Positions 45,158-53,940 of a stretch of DNA of 64,000 nucleotides are shown piece by piece. The first letter of the stretch is position 1, and each line of letters opens with the position of its first letter. This DNA is from a virus. Both the position numbers and the translations under genes were made by a program. The stretch lies in the IMG/VR virus record IMGVR_UViG_3300049846_000848, positions 1 through 64,000 of that record. The stretch is one strand, 5' to 3'. The notes below the pieces were generated by a model. The model worked only from the letters and a program-made list of their open reading frames with translations, searched no databases and was not told the origin of the DNA.

Positions 45158-45409
45158 ATGGACTCCCCCTCATTCCCTAAGTTTCGTAACTTAGAGGTAG
45201 GCACTATCGTCTACTGCCTTGATATAGGATACGCTACCGTCATCACAGTCAATAAGGAGGATGACTACATCTGTCTCAAAGCTCAATACAAGAGGGATGC
45301 TTCTGGCTTAGAGCTCTTCCGTGACTGTAAGTTCGACGGTAGATATTGCTCCGAGGATGAGAATCCTATGGTGTATTGGGTTAATCCTGGGCTCATCCAT
45401 AACAACTAA
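45158..45409 (+). CDS. hypothetical protein
   Basis: GGGGAG RBS. Confidence 0.6.
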   Translation: MDSPSFPKFRNLEVGTIVYCLDIGYATVITVNKEDDYICLKAQYKRDASGLELFRDCKFDGRYCSEDENPMVYWVNPGLIHNN

Positions 45410-45459
45410 ACCTACCTTATTTAGCCTATAACTACTTAGAATCATTAATCTTTTACCTA

Positions 45460-45488
45460 TTGACTTTAAACCTCCCACAGAGTAAGAT
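45460..45488 (+). promoter_or_regulatory. sigma70-type early promoter
   Basis: TTGACT-17 nt-TAAGAT. Confidence 0.75.
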
Positions 45489-45526
45489 ACCAGAATAGAA
45501 ACAAACATATACCTGGGGAGGTACTT

Positions 45527-45736
45527 ATGCTAGTTTTCATTCAATCAGTTCGCTACCTTAAGTCACTCGGTTACACTAAGCCAGCGATCCTATCTACCGT
45601 ACAGTCACCTAAAGACTTACAAGAGATCGGTATCGAGCTAACCCTAACTCAAAAGCTACAGCTAACTAATCTTATCATTAAGGCTGATCCTAAGCGCCTC
45701 AATGACCTATACGACCTAGCTGTAGGGGCGTTCTAA
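45527..45736 (+). CDS. hypothetical early protein
   Basis: GGGGAGGT RBS after the promoter. Confidence 0.7.
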   Translation: MLVFIQSVRYLKSLGYTKPAILSTVQSPKDLQEIGIELTLTQKLQLTNLIIKADPKRLNDLYDLAVGAF

Positions 45737-45829
45737 TGTACTGGGGTAACATTCACTGGGGGTGGATACTACGGTGCCACCTCCTAGTAGGGTTCATGTT
45801 ATTAATCGCAGAAACAATGGGAGGATAAT

Positions 45830-46126
45830 ATGTCTAATATTAAACTAACTAAAGAACAAGAGATCATGATGGATGCCTTTGAGAAACATATCCAAGCCAA
45901 CCCTACGCCTAAGGCAGTTACTCAGGCTACAGTCGAAGAGATAGTAGCTGAGATGACCATAGAGGCTCTCTTATTCGAGCTAGACGTGGCCAAGAAAGAA
46001 GCCAACACCTACCGTGGCAGCCAAGACGGTAGCATGAGAGCTTGTTATGTTAGCTACTGTGGCCCAGAGATCGAAGCAGAGTTAGAGCGTCGAGGAGTAC
46101 CCTTTACTAAGCAGTCATTCAACTAG
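45830..46126 (+). CDS. hypothetical protein
   Basis: GGGAGG RBS. Confidence 0.65.
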   Translation: MSNIKLTKEQEIMMDAFEKHIQANPTPKAVTQATVEEIVAEMTIEALLFELDVAKKEANTYRGSQDGSMRACYVSYCGPEIEAELERRGVPFTKQSFN

Positions 46127-46135
46127 GAGTAAACC

Positions 46136-46381
46136 ATGTGTAATAACAGACACTTACAGTACGAACCTAATATCACGTACTTATGCAACTGTGACGGCCC
46201 CGATAGAGTTAAGTCTACCTTCCGTCCAGTAGAAACATACCGCGACGGTATATGCCTAGAGTGTCATTACATGGCGGTAGCTCAGCTAACCCCAGCCACT
46301 GTACAGGCACCTAGACGTAAGGCTAAGAGCCATAGTAACCTTAAAGGCGGAGGTAGCCATGCTAACTTGCACTTGTCTTAA
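46136..46381 (+). CDS. Cys-rich zinc-binding protein
   Basis: CNC...VETYRDGICLECHYMAV. Confidence 0.6.
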   Translation: MCNNRHLQYEPNITYLCNCDGPDRVKSTFRPVETYRDGICLECHYMAVAQLTPATVQAPRRKAKSHSNLKGGGSHANLHLS

Positions 46382-46727
46382 GTCTCATCCAGATAAGCCC
46401 TATGCCTTCTGTGAGGTAGAGACTGTAGACGGATACTGCGTCCATTGTGGTCATGCAGCCGTAGAGTTTCCCGATGGCGCTAGCTTGGTTAGACCCAATC
46501 ACTACCTATTAGGAGAGGCTGGCCATAAGTTCTGGCGTCACTGTAGTCAGTGTAACGCGGCTACTAGGATAGAAGATCTAGTGGCTGTCACCCCGAGAGA
46601 GATACGATGTAAGCTATGCCGGTGTAGGGTGTATAATAAGTGGCGAGCAGCTACGGGTAGAACGGCTAAGAGCCAGTGTAATGACCTAGGGGATTGGGTA
46701 GCTAAGTCGGAACGGAGACGGGAGTAA
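46359..46727 (+). CDS. Cys-rich zinc-finger protein
   Basis: CTC...VETVDGYCVHCGHAAV, CSQC, CKLC. Confidence 0.6.
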   Translation: MLTCTCLKSHPDKPYAFCEVETVDGYCVHCGHAAVEFPDGASLVRPNHYLLGEAGHKFWRHCSQCNAATRIEDLVAVTPREIRCKLCRCRVYNKWRAATGRTAKSQCNDLGDWVAKSERRRE

Positions 46728-46730
46728 GGT

Positions 46731-46988
46731 ATGATATATAAGTTATTGATAAGGCTACATAGATTTTATTCCTATACCTTTAACGACATGGTGCCAACTA
46801 GATGGCTGGTCCGACAAGGTATGCCTTATGGGGCAGCTTTGTTGCCTGGTAACGTAGGTAAGAATACTAAGTATATAGCTCTTAGATACTACCATAGTGG
46901 TATGTCTATTGACGCCATAGCCAAGAGGTGTAATATGACTAGAGAACGAGTAAGGCTGTACTTAGCTAAAGCAGCTAGAGGAGGATGA
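46731..46988 (+). CDS. protein with a sigma region-4-like HTH
   Basis: MSIDAIAKRCNMTRERVRLYLAKA. Confidence 0.6.
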   Translation: MIYKLLIRLHRFYSYTFNDMVPTRWLVRQGMPYGAALLPGNVGKNTKYIALRYYHSGMSIDAIAKRCNMTRERVRLYLAKAARGG

Positions 46989-46989
46989 T

Positions 46990-47838
46990 ATGCGATTTAA
47001 ACTTAGATTAGATTTAAAATTAGAGTTAGTGGGTAGAACTCTCTATAGGATAGAGGCTACTGAGGATCAGAAGTATGCTAAGAAAGGTGATTTGGGCGGG
47101 TATATTGAGAAGGTAGAAAATCTCCAAGATAACGCCTGGGTCTCTGGTAATGCCCAAGTCTATGGTAATGCCCAAGTCTATGGTGATGCCCAAGTCTATG
47201 GTGATGCCCGAGTCTCTGGTGATGCCCAAGTCTATGGTGATGCCCGAGTCTATGGTAATACCCTAGTCTCTGGTAATGCCTGGGTCTCTGGTAATGCCCG
47301 AGTCTATGGTAATACCCTAGTCTATGGTGATGCCCGAGTCTATGGTAATACCCTAGTCTCTGGTAATGCCTGGGTCTCTGGTAATGCCCGAGTCTATGGT
47401 AATACCCTAGTCTATGGTAATACCCTAGTCTCTGGTAATGCCCAAGTCTATGGTAATGCCCAAGTCTATGGTGATGCCCGAGTCTATGGTGATGCCCGAG
47501 TCTCTGGTGATGCCCGAGTCTCTGGTGATGCCCAAGTCTATGGTGATGCCCAAGTCTATGGTGATGCCCGAGTCTATGGTAATACCCAAGTCTATGGTAA
47601 TGCTGAAGTCCGTACCAGATTCTCGGTGCAAAATATAATAGGTTTATCGTTTAATATGACACTAACTAACGAAGGAGTCTCAATAGGATGCAAGTTCTTT
47701 AAGCATCATGAGATTGATCGTGTTACTTATCAAGACTTAAAGACAGAAGTATTAGATGAAGAAGAGTTTAATCTCTTAAAGAATATATACTTGATTCATT
47801 ATGAGTATATGCTTAAAATGGAAGACAGTGTTAAATAG
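46990..47838 (+). CDS. left-handed beta-helix (hexapeptide repeat) protein
   Basis: LYRIEA...GDLGGYIE N-terminus, 26 (N/D)(A/T)xV(Y/S)G repeats, IGC C-terminus. Confidence 0.85.
   Translation: MRFKLRLDLKLELVGRTLYRIEATEDQKYAKKGDLGGYIEKVENLQDNAWVSGNAQVYGNAQVYGDAQVYGDARVSGDAQVYGDARVYGNTLVSGNAWVSGNARVYGNTLVYGDARVYGNTLVSGNAWVSGNARVYGNTLVYGNTLVSGNAQVYGNAQVYGDARVYGDARVSGDARVSGDAQVYGDAQVYGDARVYGNTQVYGNAEVRTRFSVQNIIGLSFNMTLTNEGVSIGCKFFKHHEIDRVTYQDLKTEVLDEEEFNLLKNIYLIHYEYMLKMEDSVK
47131..47610 (+). repeat. 18-bp coding tandem repeat (26 full units plus a partial one)
   Basis: (A/G)ATGCCC(A/G)AGTCT(A/C)TGGT variants. Confidence 0.95.
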
Positions 47839-47849
47839 AGGAGTTTAGT

Positions 47850-48053
47850 ATGAAAGATATATTAGAACTATTGGGATACCTAACAATACCAACACTATGC
47901 ATGGCGATGCTAGCCTACCTAATGCTTACTGCGCCACCTATACTCTCATCATTCGAGCAGCACATCCAAGACCGCATTAAAGCCGCGGACTCTATGGCTA
48001 TTACAGCGCAGGAGAAGGCAGTGAGGGCTAGGACTGAGGGAGGTGGGAAGTGA
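47850..48053 (+). CDS. small membrane protein
   Basis: N-terminal TM helix; GAGGAG RBS. Confidence 0.55.
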   Translation: MKDILELLGYLTIPTLCMAMLAYLMLTAPPILSSFEQHIQDRIKAADSMAITAQEKAVRARTEGGGK

Positions 48054-48625
48054 GGACAGGGTATGGTCTGAATGAAGTCGTGGATATAGAATGGAGACCA
48101 ATAAAAGACTACGAAGGGCTCTATGAAGTCTCTAACTATGGTGACATAAAACGACTAGGGAGAACAATAACGTATCCATGCGGAAGAAAGGTAGTACTAA
48201 AAGATATGATACGAGCGAGGTGTCAAAATTCATCGGGCTATACCATAGTGGATTTAACAAAGAACAGAAAGGGCAAAAGTTATAGAGTTCATATTTTAGT
48301 GGCACAAGCTTTTATTCCTAACCCAGATAATAAAAGTCAGGTTAATCATAAGGATTTTAATAAAACTAATAATCACATTGATAACCTAGAATGGGTGCAT
48401 CCGATAGAAAACACCAGGCATGCTATTAATTCCAAAAAACATAACCATGGAGAGATTCACTACGAAGCAAAAATCACCAATAATGATGCAAAAGAAATCT
48501 ATAGGTTATATGCCCTAGAGGGAGTGAGTGCTAAGTTGGTTGCTAAAAAGTTTAATATTACTACCAATATAGTCTATAATATAAAAACAAAGAGAACATG
48601 GAAACATATACACGAGGAGAACTAG
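48050..48625 (+). CDS. NUMOD4-HNH homing endonuclease (free-standing)
   Basis: EWRPIKDYEGLYEVSNYG, VHILVAQAFIPN, VNHKDFNKTNN, NLEW; C-terminal HTH. Confidence 0.92.
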   Translation: MRTGYGLNEVVDIEWRPIKDYEGLYEVSNYGDIKRLGRTITYPCGRKVVLKDMIRARCQNSSGYTIVDLTKNRKGKSYRVHILVAQAFIPNPDNKSQVNHKDFNKTNNHIDNLEWVHPIENTRHAINSKKHNHGEIHYEAKITNNDAKEIYRLYALEGVSAKLVAKKFNITTNIVYNIKTKRTWKHIHEEN

Positions 48626-48699
48626 CCAAGTTATACCTCTTGGGGTATAGTTATATAGGCAATAGAGTTATTTATACCCGATAGGGATTGGAGGAATGA

Positions 48700-48927
48700 A
48701 TGGAAACATCTTACTATAGGGATCTAGTGGCGCGATTAGATTCTGCTATGAGTGCTTGGGACAATTACAACGCATCGCATGAAATTGATGAAGCCTACGA
48801 ACAGTACTTACTTAGTAGTAGAGAAGCACTTTTATCAGAAGTAACTGATTACTTATATCCTATTCAAGGTAATCTCGTCCCATTAGAGCGAATCAAATGG
48901 AAGGCAGAACTTCGGAGAAGTAAATGA
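48700..48927 (+). CDS. hypothetical protein
   Basis: GGAGG RBS. Confidence 0.6.
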   Translation: METSYYRDLVARLDSAMSAWDNYNASHEIDEAYEQYLLSSREALLSEVTDYLYPIQGNLVPLERIKWKAELRRSK

Positions 48928-49289
48928 ATAACACAAACTTAGACTGCCGTATAGCTACTGAATTTATGGGCTGGGAGTTAAGCCATAACAGTGAGATATG
49001 GTGTCAGGATGGTGAATGTTTGAGGGACGTAGAGGACTTCTCCCCAACTACCGACATGAACGCGGCGTATGTTGTGCTGGAGAAGATTGCGAGTAAAACA
49101 GACGTTATTATGGGGACTTTACTAAATAAAAAGTGGACAATAGATGCCATGGATTTAAAAGGACCTTACGGAATAAGTATCTACGATCACTTACATATTG
49201 AAAGTAGTTCACTACCACTCGCAGTTAGTTTATTAGCCGAGAAGATCATGGACACGCCGGAGTATATGGCGTTATTTAAGGGGGAATAG
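48924..49289 (+). CDS. phage ABA-sandwich-like domain protein
   Basis: IATEFMGW...FSPTTDMNAAYVVLEK...PLAVSL. Confidence 0.6.
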   Translation: MNNTNLDCRIATEFMGWELSHNSEIWCQDGECLRDVEDFSPTTDMNAAYVVLEKIASKTDVIMGTLLNKKWTIDAMDLKGPYGISIYDHLHIESSSLPLAVSLLAEKIMDTPEYMALFKGE

Positions 49290-49290
49290 G

Positions 49291-49575
49291 ATGTTTGGAT
49301 ATACCATTGTCAGAAAGGATTATTTAGAAAGACTAGAACGCAATCACACTAAACTGCGGAAATTGGTGTATGTCACATCTTGGTTCTCCGGATGGAGAGA
49401 TCTTAAGATTATATGGGATTACGTATTTACTGAGACATATTATGGAGGAATAGAGTCCTGCCGCAGGGAGTACGCTAAATCTAGGGGTACAGACGAGTAT
49501 GGAAGTCCTAGGAAGTGTGAGATCAATATACCTAAAGTCATTCCAGCCGAACTAGACGGACTACCGGAGGATTAA
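49291..49575 (+). CDS. hypothetical protein
   Basis: 94-aa ORF in an operon. Confidence 0.6.
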   Translation: MFGYTIVRKDYLERLERNHTKLRKLVYVTSWFSGWRDLKIIWDYVFTETYYGGIESCRREYAKSRGTDEYGSPRKCEINIPKVIPAELDGLPED

Positions 49576-49576
49576 T

Positions 49577-49780
49577 ATGGACGCTAAAGCAAGATTAGAA
49601 GTATTAAAGGAAAGATTCGATCTATTGCAATCTTACTACAACTCCTATACTGAGGACGCATTAGCCGCACTATCATTGGCTTCAGCAGAGATATCTAGGT
49701 TAGAGGCAGAGATAGCGGAAAAGAGCGCTCCAATGAAGCCTAAACCTGGCATAAGGAGCTCTGAATGGCACCCATACTAA
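49577..49780 (+). CDS. hypothetical protein
   Basis: GGAGG RBS. Confidence 0.55.
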   Translation: MDAKARLEVLKERFDLLQSYYNSYTEDALAALSLASAEISRLEAEIAEKSAPMKPKPGIRSSEWHPY

Positions 49781-49968
49781 TCACCTGTATCGTATCCACC
49801 CTAGGACTCTCCCATACCTTTAGTTATAATAATACTAAGGTGCATAAAGAGACTATAGATTCTACCTTTAATTTCGAGGGGTTAGAGTCTATTGACAATT
49901 ATTGGGCTATAAAAGACAATGAGGGTAGGGAAGTTACGTTCTTTCCTGAGTGCAAGGAGACTAAATGA
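49765..49968 (+). CDS. hypothetical protein
   Basis: AAGGAG RBS. Confidence 0.5.
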   Translation: MAPILITCIVSTLGLSHTFSYNNTKVHKETIDSTFNFEGLESIDNYWAIKDNEGREVTFFPECKETK

Positions 49969-50372
49969 AAATAGTTAATATTAAAGAACTAAGAGACTAT
50001 AAAAGAGATAATGAAAGCTACGCGAATTTTGATGGTTATGAGATCGAGACTGAGACCGATATTATTAGATTATTAATATCTAACTATCAAGCCTGCTGTG
50101 AGACTTGGGGGCAGATAACCTCTGCCGACGACTTAAAAGAGTTTATAGGAGCTGAGATCCTACGTTTAGAGACGGTATCTTCTGGTGATTGGACTAAGTC
50201 TGAGATCATTAAAAATAAGATAGATGAGTACTACGACGAAGTGGAAGCAGCCTTTATCAACATAGAGACTGACCGTGGACTACTACAGCTAGCCGTGTAT
50301 AATCACCATAACGGGTACTATGGGCATGATATACTTATAGAGAGCACCGCTAAGGTAGGAGAGACTAAGTGA
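49965..50372 (+). CDS. phage hypothetical protein
   Basis: QACCE and HNGYYGH motifs; AAGGAG RBS. Confidence 0.65.
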   Translation: MKIVNIKELRDYKRDNESYANFDGYEIETETDIIRLLISNYQACCETWGQITSADDLKEFIGAEILRLETVSSGDWTKSEIIKNKIDEYYDEVEAAFINIETDRGLLQLAVYNHHNGYYGHDILIESTAKVGETK

Positions 50373-51271
50373 CCAAGAAGCTTAAGGTACTCGATTTATT
50401 TAGCGGCTGCGGAGGTTTTAGCCTAGGTTTGCATCGTACCGGTGGCTATTCTACCGTAGGCTTCTGTGAGATCGATGCTACCTGCCAGAAGGTGCTAGCT
50501 AAGAACTTCCCTGGAGTACCTATACTAAAAGACATTAGAGATTTAAAGTACTTAAAACCCTCCAAGGAACTATGCGAACATAGCCTTAACTATGACTTGT
50601 ACTCTGGAGATATAGACGTTATAACCGCGGGGTGGCCTTGCCAAGGGTACTCGGTCGCAGGTAAGAAGAGAGGATTTAAAGATGAACGAAGTGGACTTTG
50701 GACAGAGGTTAAGAGAGTCATTAAAGAAGTTGGACCTAGATGGGTCATCCTTGAGAACAGTCCCAATCTGCGAAATCTCGGACTTGCAAGAGTCCTTCAA
50801 GATCTCTGGGAGATCGGGTATCATAACATCCGATGGGACATTCTCTCTGCAGAAGCCTACGGTGCCATTCACAAACGAGAACGCATCTATATCATTGCCA
50901 ACCGTGACGGTTATGGACTCGATAGCCAAGCCCATGCCCCCGCGGAAGAAGCACAACGGAGGCGGACAGAAGCCTGGGCTGATTTCAGTCGCGGGAGATG
51001 CCCTGAACCCCGCTTTTACCGAATGGATGATGTCGCTACCAATGGACTGGACCCTTCCTGCGGGATTAGTTCAAACGCAGGAAGACGTAGAGGAGATCCA
51101 GAAGTGGAACGAATCAGAAAGCAACGAGTAAAGCAGTGCGGTAACGGCGTTTATCTACCCATAATCACTGAGATAGGTCGTTATATTCAACACATAGAGC
51201 TGGCTAACAACATTAATAGGCAGTCTATCCCAACTCAATCTAAAGAAGCTAACCAAACATCAACTACTTAG
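50369..51271 (+). CDS. C5-cytosine DNA methyltransferase, alpha subunit (lacks motif IX)
   Basis: DLFSGCGG (I), GWPCQ (IV), ILENS (VI), HKRERIYI (VIII), KQCGNGV (X). Confidence 0.9.
   Translation: MTKKLKVLDLFSGCGGFSLGLHRTGGYSTVGFCEIDATCQKVLAKNFPGVPILKDIRDLKYLKPSKELCEHSLNYDLYSGDIDVITAGWPCQGYSVAGKKRGFKDERSGLWTEVKRVIKEVGPRWVILENSPNLRNLGLARVLQDLWEIGYHNIRWDILSAEAYGAIHKRERIYIIANRDGYGLDSQAHAPAEEAQRRRTEAWADFSRGRCPEPRFYRMDDVATNGLDPSCGISSNAGRRRGDPEVERIRKQRVKQCGNGVYLPIITEIGRYIQHIELANNINRQSIPTQSKEANQTSTT
50682..51131 (+). CDS. C5-methyltransferase beta subunit, nested in the +1 frame
   Basis: LNPAFTEWMMSLPMDWT matches motif IX; AGAGGA RBS upstream of ATG 50682. Confidence 0.75.
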   Translation: MNEVDFGQRLRESLKKLDLDGSSLRTVPICEISDLQESFKISGRSGIITSDGTFSLQKPTVPFTNENASISLPTVTVMDSIAKPMPPRKKHNGGGQKPGLISVAGDALNPAFTEWMMSLPMDWTLPAGLVQTQEDVEEIQKWNESESNE

Positions 51272-51279
51272 GCTACTCC

Positions 51280-51309
51280 TTGACTCATCCCTCATTCCGT
51301 CTGTAATAT
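51280..51309 (+). promoter_or_regulatory. sigma70-type promoter
   Basis: TTGACT-18 nt-TAATAT. Confidence 0.55.
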
Positions 51310-51338
51310 CCTCCTATAACCACTACTTAGGAGGCATC

Positions 51339-51578
51339 ATGACTTTAAAGCAATATAAGACACTTACCGGAACTTACCTTTATAGCCACAATGAAGGTCG
51401 CCACGGCGAAGACTTCCGTGAAGTCCAGATACATACTAGATCTAACGATGCTGATCCCAACAATAGAATCTATCTAGTCATCATAACTGACGGATTCAGA
51501 TACTTAGATCAATGCCACGTAAAGGGATCTAATAACGCCAAAGAAGCCGCTTTAAAGCTACTTAAGTCGATATCCTAA
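51339..51578 (+). CDS. hypothetical protein
   Basis: AGGAGG RBS. Confidence 0.65.
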   Translation: MTLKQYKTLTGTYLYSHNEGRHGEDFREVQIHTRSNDADPNNRIYLVIITDGFRYLDQCHVKGSNNAKEAALKLLKSIS

Positions 51579-51665
51579 ACAACATCTATCGGAATCGTAT
51601 CAATGCTTTAAAAAGGTATTGATCGAGGCTATAGATATGCTACTATACTTGAAAAGGAGGTAAGT

Positions 51666-51746
51666 ATGAGACATGTTTCAAACTCAGACTCGGTACTGTT
51701 AATAGCAGTAGTGATCTGGTTAGTAGCCATACTAAACCAGATCTAG
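51666..51746 (+). CDS. 26-aa membrane peptide
   Basis: AAGGAGGT RBS; MRHVSNSDSVLLIAVVIWLVAILNQI. Confidence 0.5.
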   Translation: MRHVSNSDSVLLIAVVIWLVAILNQI

Positions 51747-51747
51747 T

Positions 51748-52059
51748 ATGTGGCCCTATCTATTAGTATTAATAGCAGCTGCTTCAACTAATGCGGCGCT
51801 GCCATTCACTCGATTCGCCCAATCAAACTACCTATATCTAATAGGCTTAAGCTCTGCATTAGTATCCAACGTAGCGTGGCTATCATTAGCCCGTATCACG
51901 CCTAAACTAGAACTAGCTAGAGTAGGATTAATATGGGATGCTACCCTAACTATATGTTATTTAGTAGTGCCTATAATGCTAGGGGCTAGATTTAATATGC
52001 AAATGGGATTAGGATTGACTTTAATTATAACAGGCGTCTTAATAGTTAAAGGCGCATAG
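51748..52059 (+). CDS. four-TM membrane protein (SMR/EamA-like)
   Basis: 103 aa, four hydrophobic helices, GLTLIITGVLIV C-terminus. Confidence 0.6.
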   Translation: MWPYLLVLIAAASTNAALPFTRFAQSNYLYLIGLSSALVSNVAWLSLARITPKLELARVGLIWDATLTICYLVVPIMLGARFNMQMGLGLTLIITGVLIVKGA

Positions 52060-52071
52060 AGGAGGATATAG

Positions 52072-52803
52072 GTGAGATTAAAACCATTTTTTACTTATTA
52101 TGGAGGAAAATATAGGATTGCTCCTAAATATCCCTCCCCTAAATACGATAAGATAATAGAACCGTTCTGCGGTAGTGCTGGATATTCTCTAACTTATTCT
52201 CAAAAAAGAATTCATTTATATGATGTTAATGAGCGAATAGTAGGGTTATGGAATTATCTAATAAAAGTAGACGAGAAGGAGATCTTAAATTTACCAGAGA
52301 TATTTAATCATATTAGTGAATTAACCAATATTCCCCAGGAAGCTAAATGGTTGATAGGCTTCTGGTGTAATAAGGGATCGTGTGAGCCTAGGAATATGCC
52401 TTCTAGTTGGATGAGATCAGGAGTTAGACCCAATTCTTATTGGGGAGAGGCTATAAAGAATAGAATAGCATCTCAACTTAAACACATAAGGCACTGGAGT
52501 TGTGAGCTTAAAAGTTATAACCAATTAGTAGATAATTCACCCGCTACTTGGTTTATTGACCCTCCTTATTCATCTACTGCGGGAAGGCTATACACTTACG
52601 ATAGTATAGATTACACGCAACTCTCTGAGTTTTGTATGAATAGAAACGGACAGACTATAGTATGTGAATCAGAGGGAGCCTCATGGCTACCGTTCACCCC
52701 CTTATGTGTAGCTAAGGGGTCAGAAAGTCCTAGGGGCGGGAAGAAAATAATAGAATCGATATGGTATAATGACATTAAGATCATCATAGAGGAGGACAAA
52801 TGA
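52072..52803 (+). CDS. second N6-adenine DNA methyltransferase
   Basis: FTYYGGK, EPFCGSAGYS, FIDPPY. Confidence 0.85.
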   Translation: MRLKPFFTYYGGKYRIAPKYPSPKYDKIIEPFCGSAGYSLTYSQKRIHLYDVNERIVGLWNYLIKVDEKEILNLPEIFNHISELTNIPQEAKWLIGFWCNKGSCEPRNMPSSWMRSGVRPNSYWGEAIKNRIASQLKHIRHWSCELKSYNQLVDNSPATWFIDPPYSSTAGRLYTYDSIDYTQLSEFCMNRNGQTIVCESEGASWLPFTPLCVAKGSESPRGGKKIIESIWYNDIKIIIEEDK

Positions 52804-53579
52804 ATAAGTTATTGATTTTACTATTAGTATTCACAGTATCATGCGGTAAAAAGCGCCATGGCGTATCAGATGGAGGCGGTGGTAGCTCTAACCCAGCTCA
52901 ACCAGCCCCAGTAGGCACCGTATCGGATCAATATGTCTCAGTACAGCAGGCAGTTATATGCCTATCCACTGACACCAGCTGTACCGCCGAGGAGGATGAG
53001 GTAGTCGAACATGGTCATTCATATTCTAAAGGGCATAGACGCTATAAAAGACTCTTATTGGAGTTCATGAATCCAATGAAGCTAGCCTTAGCTGCCAGCA
53101 CTAGTCTATCTACCGTGATATATACGGCTACCAATAGCGGTAGTATCGTGCTGGGACCATTAACTACGTCTACCTCGACTGGCTTTGAGATAGCACCTAG
53201 CTTCGGTACCGTCAGTGTAGCCTCATTCGACAGTAACGACCTAAAGAAATGTGGCATTAGTGGCACCGATCGCTGTACTACTACCATAGTTAGGGCCTAT
53301 ATTTCTAGTCGCTCACCTAACTTTGTTGAGGATGGTGCTAAAGTGATGATCGGTGGCGTAGTCTTGAGCGATATAGACGGCGTAGGTGAGGCTGTGACGC
53401 TCATATCTGGGCCTATTGGGTCGAATCAGAACCGTATCCGTAACTCTCCGATAGGACAGAATCCATTTGGAGGAGCTGAGACAGATCTAGGCGAGTTAGT
53501 ATTAGATCTAAGCAACGCTAATCTAGGTAGTTACAGCGTGACGGTGGTTATAGAGTTAGCAATTGGGCCGCTACCATAG
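52800..53579 (+). CDS. lipoprotein
   Basis: MNKLLILLLVFTVSC lipobox, Gly/Pro linker, paired Cys. Confidence 0.75.
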   Translation: MNKLLILLLVFTVSCGKKRHGVSDGGGGSSNPAQPAPVGTVSDQYVSVQQAVICLSTDTSCTAEEDEVVEHGHSYSKGHRRYKRLLLEFMNPMKLALAASTSLSTVIYTATNSGSIVLGPLTTSTSTGFEIAPSFGTVSVASFDSNDLKKCGISGTDRCTTTIVRAYISSRSPNFVEDGAKVMIGGVVLSDIDGVGEAVTLISGPIGSNQNRIRNSPIGQNPFGGAETDLGELVLDLSNANLGSYSVTVVIELAIGPLP

Positions 53580-53940
53580 GAGGTATAACATGTTGATATT
53601 AGGTGTAATGTTAGCCGGAGCTTTAAGTGGATGTATTATTGGTTATTTCATTGGCCAATCTATTGGATTCGATAGAGGCGTAGCGTTAGCTGAAGTAGCA
53701 GAGAACAATATGGATTACTATAGGGAGTATCTTTTAGAGGAGGTATGGGAGATTAGAAAGACCTTATTATTCAAGACCTCCTATTACGAAGGGATAGTAG
53801 CGGCTCATCTGTTAGCCTTATTACACTGCCTCATAGATGAGAATGATGATACTATTAAGAACTCAGATGAGGTGGTGACTGCCTTCTTAAAGGCATTCCC
53901 TATATTAGGTCAAGGAGAATCTAATGATACTATCAAATAG
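53563..53940 (+). CDS. membrane-anchored hypothetical protein
   Basis: N-terminal TM helix; likely start MLILG after AGGAGGT. Confidence 0.6.
   Translation: MGRYHRRYNMLILGVMLAGALSGCIIGYFIGQSIGFDRGVALAEVAENNMDYYREYLLEEVWEIRKTLLFKTSYYEGIVAAHLLALLHCLIDENDDTIKNSDEVVTAFLKAFPILGQGESNDTIK

Noticed and set aside
44472-47610. CRISPR array or DGR interpretation of the 9-bp and 18-bp repeats
   Set aside because: The repeats are contiguous and in-frame within coding sequence, have no spacers, and there is no cas gene or reverse transcriptase in the window.
47026-47638. Alternative-frame repeat ORFs (GITIDL..., MPKSMV...)
   Set aside because: By-products of the stop-free 18-bp repeat.
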